Source: an uncultured Anaerolineales bacterium (lineage in GTDB: Bacteria; Chloroflexota; Anaerolineae; CG2-30-64-16). From it: DNA of 64,000 bases. Both the position numbers and the translations under genes were made by a program. The notes below the pieces were generated by a model, which was not told the DNA's origin, searched no databases, and saw only the letters and a program-made list of their open reading frames with translations. This document shows positions 1-9,300 of the stretch, piece after piece. The stretch is from assembly GCA_964474695.1 (NCBI GenBank), contig CAYYTK010000024.1:2490-66489 (forward strand), read 5' to 3'. The stretch's first letter is position 1. The number at the start of each line of letters is the position of its first letter.

Positions 1-117
1 TGGCTGACATCCAAGACAAGGATTAGACTCATCTAATCGGGGCGATAAGTACTCACCCGAACAACCGAACTCCATGTCTACCCCTGAAAGGCGATCCAGT
101 CTACGCGCCATGTCCCT

Positions 118-684
118 TCACCACAAGGTCATCTGTCCGTTGTCATCGCCGGCCTTCGCCTCGGCCTTGCGCTGGGCCAGGAACTGGTGGAGCGCGGCCA
201 ACGGGGTGTCGCTCTTGGCGAGGATGTCCCGGCTCAAGAAGAACCGCAGGGAACCCAGGCCTTCCGGCACCTGCTTGTCGTAACCGCCCTCGAACCACTC
301 ACAGACCTGGCGCATGAACGCCTCCGCGCGCCGGTTATTGGCCAGGGCGCGCTGGCGCTTGCGGTAGAGATCGTGGTACCAGAGGAGCAGCTTCTCGAAG
401 TTGCAGTTCCGCACGAGCGCCTCGGCGGCTTCCCGCTCCTGCTCGATGCCGACCAAGACCCCGCGGCAGACCGCCAGGTAGTAGCGCGTGGTGAACGCTT
501 TGCACGCGTCACAGTAGAGATCATCGCCGACGATGCGGATCTCCTCGGCGTGCGCAATGCAGTCACCGATCCGGTACTCGTCGAGCGTACACTCGAAGGC
601 TTTGGTCTGATCCGAGCGGATCTCCGCCCCGCACCTGAGGCAGGGGATCGGCCGGTCGAAGATGATGGTGTCGAACATGCCCAT
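118..684 (-). CDS. Hypothetical protein with two CxxC pairs (Zn-ribbon-like)
   Basis: 188-aa ORF with CLRC and CDAC motifs and ordinary globular composition; the overlapping + strand ORFs look like shadows. Confidence 0.6.
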   Translation of the reverse strand: MGMFDTIIFDRPIPCLRCGAEIRSDQTKAFECTLDEYRIGDCIAHAEEIRIVGDDLYCDACKAFTTRYYLAVCRGVLVGIEQEREAAEALVRNCNFEKLLLWYHDLYRKRQRALANNRRAEAFMRQVCEWFEGGYDKQVPEGLGSLRFFLSRDILAKSDTPLAALHQFLAQRKAEAKAGDDNGQMTLW

Positions 685-1076
685 AGCCGCTACTCCACAG
701 AAGGCTCTACACCTGCATTATAGCACTCCTGTTCGACTTTAGCCAGGTCAACGCTGATTCCTCCAGACATGCACAACAACTGATATGAGCTGAACCTCAC
801 CGCCTCTCGGTTTTCTCTGACAAGTGAGATGTAGTATAATCAGGTGCCAAGAAACATAAGGCCTCGCCGCCGCTCAGAAATCCAAGAGTGTGAGAAACGC
901 GAGAAACGCTTAGCATGTCCGACTAGGGCCAAGCGTGTTTGGATTAGTTCCGGTACTTGGTCAGGATTGATAAGTGAGCTTTCTGCCCGATTCTTTATCC
1001 GCGGACTTCTTCTCAGGATGGGCAGGATGGGCATAGAAAAACGCAAGGTTTGAGATCCGTCGGTTTGATACATCTG

Positions 1077-1085
1077 TGCTAGAAT
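1077..1085 (+). promoter_or_regulatory. Possible extended -10 promoter of the defence operon
   Basis: TGCTAGAAT (TGn + TAGAAT) ~46 nt upstream of the ATG at 1132. Confidence 0.3.
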
Positions 1086-1131
1086 GAAATCCAGTGTTCC
1101 CATCATTGATACAGAACAAAAGTGATATCCT

Positions 1132-4100
1132 ATGGCTGTTCAGATTCCATGTCGTCCCAACATTCCAACCCCTGGTGAGTTCGCGCCATTTCGGCCCGAG
1201 CTTCAGGAGCGGTTCCTGACACGATTCTACCTCGCCGCCAAGGAATTGACGCGGCAAGCACCGCCGGATTGGGATACCCTTGTCCGTCAAGAAGTAGAAT
1301 GGGCAGACACTTCTGGGGGCAATCCCTCTCAACAAGCTATGTACCGCGCGGTTTGGCTTTTATTGCGCGACCTGCTCCGCGTTGGATGGGTACCAGCGTG
1401 GAATGATCAGACAGCGACTTTCGAAATAGCGCCGCCATTCGTTCAGGAACATCCCCGCACTGCTGAGGAAATCCAGGCCCACAAACAAGCTCGACGCGAC
1501 ATGATGCGACCTGAACGCCTAACCCGGCTGTTGCAGGCGCGTGAGTTCGTGCAGAGCATGGAGTCACCTGCAAGGGGACTACCTGTGACTGCATTGATCG
1601 CTGATGGCCGCGCTCTTGCTGAGGACTTGCGGCGCGTTCGCGCAATCGCAGGCGTTCCTGAGCGACACGAAGCGTTGAGTGAGATCATCAAGCCTTATCT
1701 TCAATTAGTTGAAGATAATAAGCGCTGCCAACATACTGGTCTTTTGCTTAAGGACATTTGGCGTTATTTTCGGTTAACTTGGTCATCACCCGTCTATAAT
1801 ACGCCCGGGCGCAGCATGTTCTATCTCGTACGCGATGCCGCTCGACCTCTTCATCCAGTTATGGGAATTGCATCCCTGGAGAACTCGCCGATCTTCATCG
1901 GAGCCCGCGATGACCTTCTCGGATGGACCGTAGATTCATTCATTGCGTCTCTCGAACGAGAGACGGCAGAAGCTAAGGCACACGGATTGCCAATTGAGGC
2001 ACCAGTGCTCGCAGCGTTTCATCGACTGCTCTCCTACATTCGCCAAGCTTCTGGTGAGATAAGCCTGGATCAGCTCTGCACTGTGGCCGAAGTGGCAAAC
2101 CCAACACCAGCGGTAGTTCGCCATCTCACGGGCTTGGCCGGTCAGTTTGCCAGTGAACGTGAAGACGCACTGCGCGAATGGACAGTGGCCCGCGACCAGC
2201 GCGCTGGCGGCAACGACAGCAGTGACCTCAAACGCAGCAGCTTTGGCAATATCAGTGAAGACGCCTACGATCTGCTGTTTCTGAAGAAGCGCTCCGGAGA
2301 GTTGGCGCGCTTGCTGGGCGCGCGTCTGACGATTGAGCAGTTCTTGGCACAGCCTAATGTTGAAGAGACATGGCGAGCCTGGTGTGACAGTGAACGAGGC
2401 CGCAGCGCCGTGCGTAATGGACTATTGTCCATCAAGAACCGCCACGTAGGTACCAGCATTCTTGAATTGAATGTGTGCGGGGCGATTCCGCCTTACAACC
2501 ATCTGCTGGCCGGCAAACTCACAGCATTGCTCATGTGCTCTCCACAAGTCGCATCTGATTATCGAACACGCTACGGCAGCATGCCGAGCGAGATCGCGTC
2601 GCAGCTCAGGGGAGAGCGTGTTATTCGTCCCGCAGAACTCGTGTATATCGGCACAACGGCGCTTTACACCGCCGGTGCCAGCCAGTACAACCGGCTAAGG
2701 CTGCCTGCTGGTCTGCTCCGCGAAGATGCGCCAGAGACGCCGATACGATATCTAGGTACTACCGTCGGCTATGGCACTGCGCACATCAGTGACGCGACCA
2801 CGGCTGCACTGGAGATGACATCCGACGGTGATTTTTTGCAGGTGAACCACGTTCTCGGAGAAGGCGTCAGCCCAAAAATGCGCATAATCCGCCGCGGACT
2901 GGACGCCATATTTCGTGACGGGCAACGGGTCCTCTCTGACAAGATGGCGCAGCACCAGATGCAGCGCCTAATCTATGGGGTATGGTTGGCAGAAAACGGG
3001 CGCGATTACCTATTGGGCATGACCAACCAGCCTCGCTACATCTGGGAAGAAACACTTTCGCCCACAGAAGGCACAGAGCGTATTGCGGCCTTTTGGCGTG
3101 CGCGCTGGCTTGATGCCCGCATTAGGCACGACCCGGCACTGATGCAAATGGAGAGATTTCGGGTCGAAGAGATCTTGGTATCGCGGGATCTGGGTGGACA
3201 GGCAGAGCTTGACTGGGCATACACACTAGTCAAGCATCGACCCAATCCCGTCGTCACACAGATAAGCTCGGACGGTACGCAGATGACAGCCGATGAGCAC
3301 CAACGCCAACTAGTACGCGATCTCTATCGCGGCCGCACGGGTTACGCGGACGACGTGTCCCTTGATGACCTACGCCGTCTACATGTGCCCACACACCTGG
3401 ATGCTGTGATCTCGGAACACATTCGCGCCCGGCGTAGTGTGGTGCTCACCGGAAACCCTGGTGATGGCAAGACACATCTACTTCGCATTCTGGAACCGGA
3501 AATCGCGGAGTTGGACGCAGTAGTCGAGCGCGATGCCAGTGCCGTGCCCAATGATGTTATCGCCGAGAACTGGCACCAGGCGGCAGCAACCGGCAGGCCC
3601 TACTTCATCGCAATTAATGAATCCGTGCTATTCAAACTCGCGACTGCCTATCCAGACTTCATCCCGCTTCAGCGGGCACGACAACAGGTCGTGAAAGCCA
3701 TCGCCTACGATAGTCCACCCGATCTGCCCATCACTGACGTAGTTGTGTTTGATCTCAGTCACCGCAACACGTTGAGCCCGAACTTGGTCAGCGCGGTCTT
3801 TGATAAGCTGACGGATGCCGCCCTACTACCTCGCTGTGCGCAGTGTCCACGCCAAGGCTGTGACCGCGAGCGCAACCGCATACTCCTGCAAGGTGCGAAT
3901 AACCGCATTCGAGAGCGGCTGCAGGCGGTTTTCTCATCCGTTACTCGGCGCGGGACACACGTGACCATGCGTGATCTAGAAGGGTTTGTGGCCTACCTAC
4001 TATTCGCCAACCGCGACTGCACCGCTTTGCTTCGTCAGAGTGATAACGCAGATCTCGCCTTGCCCCAGTTGCCCTACCTAGGGCAAGGACCGCTTTTTGA

Positions 4101-4857
4101 TGCTATACGCGAGACCTTTGACCCATCACGCGTCTGCCATCCTATCTTCGACGATGCTCTTCTCAACAACACGCTTGTGGCCAACGACTGGTGGGATGAA
4201 AGCAGTGCCTATACCGGTTCACTGGATGCGCAGGCTGTTGAACGCTTCGCCCGGCGCAAACGCGAATTCTACTTCTATCACCGCCAAGGTGACGCGCTTC
4301 TGCAAATGGCAAATGACGACGAACAAGCCTTTACCGCCTTCCTGGTCGAGTCCGACATGCGTAAGGCGCTACGCAGCATCCTTCAGAAACTCACCGCCTT
4401 CTTCGGCCGCGTAGCCGACGCCGACCGGCTCCCGGTATGGCAGAGTCATCGCTACGATCAGAGCGCACAGCGCATTCTCTACGCGATCCAGGATCGCGAA
4501 CGCAAGGAATTCGAGTTGCTCCGTCCTCAGCTGGCTAAACACATGGCGGCTGCGTTCGACCTAGCCGATGATCACCGGCTGCTGCGGCTAAAGAGCAGTC
4601 CGCAGGCGTCGTTACGGATTGATTTCAGACTATTCCGTCTGCTTCATCAGGCTGAACGTGGGTTGCCGGTGCTGCTTCTACAACCTGAAGCTACCCGTCG
4701 CATATGGCAGTTCCTTGAGCAGTTGCCGGATCAAAAGCTGTCAATTGAGGAGGAAGCCAAGGTGCAGATTCTCGACCCAGTGACTGGCGAGAAATTCGAC
4801 GTGACAGTTGACACACAGACGAACAAGTACCTTGCCATCGAACGCCGGGAGCGCTAA
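1132..4857 (+). CDS. DruA (DUF4338)-like N-terminal domain fused to a DptF/SspF-like P-loop domain
   Basis: N-half motifs recalled from DruA: IKPYLQLV, IWRYFRLTWS..TPGR.MFYLVRDAARPLHPVMGI, ELNVCGAIPPYNHLLAGKL, GTTALY..GASQYNRL. C-half has Walker A LTGNPGDGKT and a CAQC...C cluster, as in DptF-like proteins. Confidence 0.75.
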   Translation: MAVQIPCRPNIPTPGEFAPFRPELQERFLTRFYLAAKELTRQAPPDWDTLVRQEVEWADTSGGNPSQQAMYRAVWLLLRDLLRVGWVPAWNDQTATFEIAPPFVQEHPRTAEEIQAHKQARRDMMRPERLTRLLQAREFVQSMESPARGLPVTALIADGRALAEDLRRVRAIAGVPERHEALSEIIKPYLQLVEDNKRCQHTGLLLKDIWRYFRLTWSSPVYNTPGRSMFYLVRDAARPLHPVMGIASLENSPIFIGARDDLLGWTVDSFIASLERETAEAKAHGLPIEAPVLAAFHRLLSYIRQASGEISLDQLCTVAEVANPTPAVVRHLTGLAGQFASEREDALREWTVARDQRAGGNDSSDLKRSSFGNISEDAYDLLFLKKRSGELARLLGARLTIEQFLAQPNVEETWRAWCDSERGRSAVRNGLLSIKNRHVGTSILELNVCGAIPPYNHLLAGKLTALLMCSPQVASDYRTRYGSMPSEIASQLRGERVIRPAELVYIGTTALYTAGASQYNRLRLPAGLLREDAPETPIRYLGTTVGYGTAHISDATTAALEMTSDGDFLQVNHVLGEGVSPKMRIIRRGLDAIFRDGQRVLSDKMAQHQMQRLIYGVWLAENGRDYLLGMTNQPRYIWEETLSPTEGTERIAAFWRARWLDARIRHDPALMQMERFRVEEILVSRDLGGQAELDWAYTLVKHRPNPVVTQISSDGTQMTADEHQRQLVRDLYRGRTGYADDVSLDDLRRLHVPTHLDAVISEHIRARRSVVLTGNPGDGKTHLLRILEPEIAELDAVVERDASAVPNDVIAENWHQAAATGRPYFIAINESVLFKLATAYPDFIPLQRARQQVVKAIAYDSPPDLPITDVVVFDLSHRNTLSPNLVSAVFDKLTDAALLPRCAQCPRQGCDRERNRILLQGANNRIRERLQAVFSSVTRRGTHVTMRDLEGFVAYLLFANRDCTALLRQSDNADLALPQLPYLGQGPLFDAIRETFDPSRVCHPIFDDALLNNTLVANDWWDESSAYTGSLDAQAVERFARRKREFYFYHRQGDALLQMANDDEQAFTAFLVESDMRKALRSILQKLTAFFGRVADADRLPVWQSHRYDQSAQRILYAIQDRERKEFELLRPQLAKHMAAAFDLADDHRLLRLKSSPQASLRIDFRLFRLLHQAERGLPVLLLQPEATRRIWQFLEQLPDQKLSIEEEAKVQILDPVTGEKFDVTVDTQTNKYLAIERRER

Positions 4858-4859
4858 CA

Positions 4860-6311
4860 ATGCTGTTTGATATCAAGAAGGAACGCCAAGGGATTGAGCA
4901 CCAGTATATCGGCTTCAGTCCTAATACAACAAATGTAAAGCCAGTGCATCTGGCAAATGGCATGTTCCGGAGGCTGTTAGACGAGGCTCACGACACACGG
5001 CGTCTCTTCCAATTTGTGTTCTCTGCAAAGAGCGACGGTACGATTCCCAAGGGCCACCAGGCAGAAGACGTCTTCCAATGGTTGCTAGACGAGGATCGGA
5101 TCTCGCAAGGTGATGTGACGCAGGATTCGGCTTCCATGTTTAGGCCCACATTGCTCAAGATCGTTGCCGCGGACAAGCCAAGTGCCGTCTCCACAGGCGG
5201 AATGGAATCCTATTCGGCAGGATTCTCCTCCTTTGTGTCGAATGATCGCATCGCTCAGGATGCCGGTGAGTTTCTGAGCCTGTGGTTGTCAAGGCAAGCG
5301 CCGGAGTTTGCAGAACTACTTGCAGGTTCTATCCGTGACGATACTGATCCTATCACTATATTGTCGAGACCGCTTTTCAATTCCCCGACAACCGCGAAGA
5401 TGCAGATTGAGAATCCAGACGGCATTCGCTGCTTTCAGGATACCTGTCCGCCTCCGGTGTCCACAGGAATGCGCGACCTAGCCGCCGCCGCCACCCGACT
5501 CTCGCTGCAACTGAAACAGCACCCAAATAAACTCGTTCGATTGCGCATGGTCGTGATGCTCGGCGCTTTCTTGATCCTGCGGTATATGGCGGATCTAGAG
5601 TATCTATACGCAGCAGCTGAAAATCAGCGGAGACCTGCCTTTCTACTCGACTTTTCGACGAGCGAGCGATCTCCGATGCGCCTTGCTTCACAGCACTCAT
5701 ACATCCTGGTATGTCAATCTATTACGCGTTTCTACGCTTGGATGTTTGCGGACTTTCTTCGTTCACGACAACTCGATCTTGACGATCTCGCACAAGATAA
5801 TCCAGCCTATGGCCAGCCAATGAAAGAAAAGGATGAACTGATCTGCCGTGAAGTCTGGCAAGAAGCTGTGGTTCAAGCAAAGACCGCAGGGGATCCATAT
5901 CTTGTCTACGGACAGGCGGTCTACGACATTCTCGCTCTTTTGGCCGAAGCGACTCCCATACAATACCTCAGACAGATTGGAATTCGGTGTGGACTCTTTT
6001 GGCCTCCTTATAACCTCCAACCAACGAAGCATCTTTCGCCACGTCAGGACATGCTGGAGGTGTTAGTACGGAGCGTCGCAAGCCCCGGAGAACTCCTGGA
6101 CATGGAGACGCTACAGGATCGCTTATGGGCCACTTTCGGCATTGTGATTGGTGGACGATCAGACGATTTAAGTCTTCTGCTTGAGAGAGGGATCTACCAA
6201 GCAGATGACCGAGCACTAGAAGAAAACCAAGCGGCATTCGCACAGAAGCTCAGCGATCTAAACTTCGCTAGACTGCTCGCTGATGGCGTCCTCCAGATTC
6301 AGGTGGGATAA
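4860..6311 (+). CDS. DptG/SspG/Mad7-like protein
   Basis: 483 aa, 2-bp gaps to both neighbours; size, middle position between the P-loop protein and the HerA-like ATPase, and the C-terminal LSDLNFARLLADG fit the DndFGH-type middle subunit. Confidence 0.55.
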   Translation: MLFDIKKERQGIEHQYIGFSPNTTNVKPVHLANGMFRRLLDEAHDTRRLFQFVFSAKSDGTIPKGHQAEDVFQWLLDEDRISQGDVTQDSASMFRPTLLKIVAADKPSAVSTGGMESYSAGFSSFVSNDRIAQDAGEFLSLWLSRQAPEFAELLAGSIRDDTDPITILSRPLFNSPTTAKMQIENPDGIRCFQDTCPPPVSTGMRDLAAAATRLSLQLKQHPNKLVRLRMVVMLGAFLILRYMADLEYLYAAAENQRRPAFLLDFSTSERSPMRLASQHSYILVCQSITRFYAWMFADFLRSRQLDLDDLAQDNPAYGQPMKEKDELICREVWQEAVVQAKTAGDPYLVYGQAVYDILALLAEATPIQYLRQIGIRCGLFWPPYNLQPTKHLSPRQDMLEVLVRSVASPGELLDMETLQDRLWATFGIVIGGRSDDLSLLLERGIYQADDRALEENQAAFAQKLSDLNFARLLADGVLQIQVG

Positions 6312-6313
6312 GC

Positions 6314-9300
6314 ATGGAACTAAACGTTAACGACATTCTCACTCATCTATTGTGCGTTAACTTGCCTGACGCCAAGCTTGGCGTGGTTGTCCGAGGTATT
6401 CAACAGATTGACCCGGTGCAGATTGCGGAAGCTGTCGCCGAAACACTGAACCGAAAGCTTGTGGTTGCCATCATAGGCTATGACGCCTCTCCTTCGACGG
6501 TTGAAGGCGGCGTCTCTGAGGATGATAAGAATCGCACAGCTATTGAGATAGCGACTTCTATCGAGACAGCAGTAGACTGGAGAAATCACGCAGGCGACTA
6601 TGCTGGACGCATCTTGATCTTTGTGCCTGGCGAGGTTGACAAGCTTGGCTCGTTGCGAGGTCTTGATATCCTCACAACGCGCGACTTGACGCTCCATTTG
6701 ATACAATGGGTCAGCAATAGCATTGTGCGCAATGCGCCGCAACGTCGTTTTTGGCAAGCTCTGGCGAATATCGCCGCAACTTTACCCTTTAGAATGCTTC
6801 TCGATTTCACGCGTGCAGTCTCTGCACAACCAGACAACGTGAATGCCATTCCAACCGAACTCTGGCGATTGGGGCTGCTCGAGGATAGCGTACTGCTAAA
6901 CGCCGAAACCGATGTGGGCGACCGCCTGGAGCGGAACCGCGAGCTAATCGCTGGGATTGGCCAGCTTTCGGACAAGAGCCGAAAACGCATGAATCAGGTT
7001 CTGCGGCGCGCAGCAGGAGATCAGCAGCGCGAACTGCGGGCTGCCGCCCAACAACTCCGCGAGTTCTTTGCCACCGGCACGCCCAGGCTACTGCAGGGCC
7101 TGCGCCTGGACACAGTCGAGCAGTTGATTGAAGCTGGCCGCTCGGAGGCTGAGCCTCCGCCGATTCCACTGCCCACCGACGAAGGTGAGGTGGTGGTTGC
7201 TCCACCGCTCAAGCCAGAACGAACACTGCGCGGTGCTGAACTGATCGAAACCGTCGCTCGGCGGATCGTGGGCGGGAGCGACCGTGAGGCGGTGGCTGCC
7301 TATGTCGACCGAGTACGTAGCCAGATGGCTGACACCGAAGACGACAACGGGGACCCCATCGATGATGAAGTGCTGCGACCGCTAACCGCCGGACGACCGC
7401 TTGCAACCAATGTCAAGCCACAGACGCGCACGCTGCGCGCCTTTCTGACAGCGTTTTGTGGTGCCGAGCGATGGGGCGGCGCATTGCAAGCCGAACAGCA
7501 CAGTCTGCGCGACGTCATCCAACGTTTCACTCCGAACAGCAAGGCGGAGCCGTTCAACCCTTACGCTGCCTCCGAGGACGACCAAAGCATGGTTGGCTTA
7601 CTCGCCAACATTGATTCGCAATTGTCTGACCGCCCCGGTTTAAGTGTCAGTTGGAAGACCATCGCTGCAGCACGCGCTGACCTTGTTCAGGACCTCGACC
7701 TGCTCGTCGCTGACCCCATTGCCCTGCTCTATACTGACGATAGGGCTCGTGACGCGATGGGGCGCTACCTGGATGCTTACGCCGACCTACTACGGTTGTT
7801 GAGCACCCACATGGGGGAACTAAACACACGCTTCCGGAAGGCATATCGCGCCATCTTGCAGGGGCTACTGCGACTTGATGTGGTATTTGTGGCCACACCC
7901 GGAGAGAACCCCGGCGAAGCCGATCTTATTTGGAAGGCGCTACTCACCCCCTTGCATCCGCTCCATCTGTGGCGCTATCGTACGATTCTGGAAAAGACCG
8001 GTCCGCACTTGACCGAAGATGAACAGCACCAACTGACGGAGGCGTTACCCAAACTGCCGCATTTGCTTCATTTTGTAGCAGTAAGCGATATGCGTCTGGG
8101 GCGAATTACGCTGCCTTTAGCGGGCGCACTGGAAGGACTGCCCATCTATGAAAACCGTACCAACCGCTATCTGGGTAGCGACGGTCTCGAGTTCTTGGGC
8201 GACCTGTTGCGCAGTTGGTTGACATTTGCGCCTTACAGCCAGCCCCACATCCGCCTGGCTTTGATCGATCCACCGTATCTTCCTGACGCTCTGCGCGCGG
8301 TCCGGGAGTTCCTGCGTGGCCGGGCTCAGACCCGGGTAGTTGTTGATGCCTACCGTACACGGCCACAGAATGTGCTCGAACACTTAGCGGAAATGGAGTT
8401 CGAGGGACAGGATAGCGCAGTTGCCGAATTATTACTTAGTGGGCAGATCGGCCTCAATCTGCATGTCTGCGATAACCTGACAGAAGTTGCAAAGCGATTG
8501 ACCGAACGACCAGTGCACATCGTTTATAGCTTCGATCAGTCCTCCTATGACCTAACCAAGAGTGGCCGGCATCGGCACCTGGTTGTGAGCCCGCTAGTCA
8601 TCACCTACGAATACACCTTTGACGAGGCATATAAGAAGGGATCAATTGCACCGTCATCCGATGCCGAGAGTGGATTGTTTGCCGACTATCATACGCTAGT
8701 TAACCAAGCCATTGACCTTCAAGAAGATCAATCATTCCAGGTACAGATCGGCAGTGGTGCGGATGTGGGAGCCCTCAACAGAGTGTTGCACAGCGAGTGC
8801 GCGCAGTGGCTAGCCGTGGCTGACCGAACACTTCTGGGCTACGCGCCTCTGGCCGCCGTACCCCTGGTCGAACAACTCCAAGGCCGCCGTGAAGTGGCGG
8901 TGTGGGCGCATGCCACATCGCGGTCAGTGAGCCAATTTGCTGCCATGCTGCGCGAGCGTTACAACTTGCTGCCAGATGGTAATTATCTCGTGCACCTAAT
9001 GCAGCAGTTCGGACACATTGCCGCAGGTGGCCTCTTCAGTGCAGTGCGCGCCAATAACCTCAACGCCCAGCAACGCGACCGCCAACGAAAAGGACTGGTT
9101 GGTACGGTGTTGGCAGCACATTGGTATAGGAGCCAGTACCCCGGCGCCCTAATTGCGTCATTGGACAGTGGGTTGGCGCGCCAATGGCTGGCCTTGCAGG
9201 CACCAAGTCGTGAACGTGCCGACCTAATCGGGCTCCGCCAAGATGAGCAGGGTAACCTAATCATTGATATCATTGAAGTAAAGGCAGTCGAACAGGCACA

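Noticed and set aside
740-1131. Small ORFs (840-1106, 844-1053, 961-1335) and a TATAAT at 835-840
   Set aside because: Mutually overlapping with no motifs; the TATAAT lacks a correctly spaced -35. Treated as intergenic.
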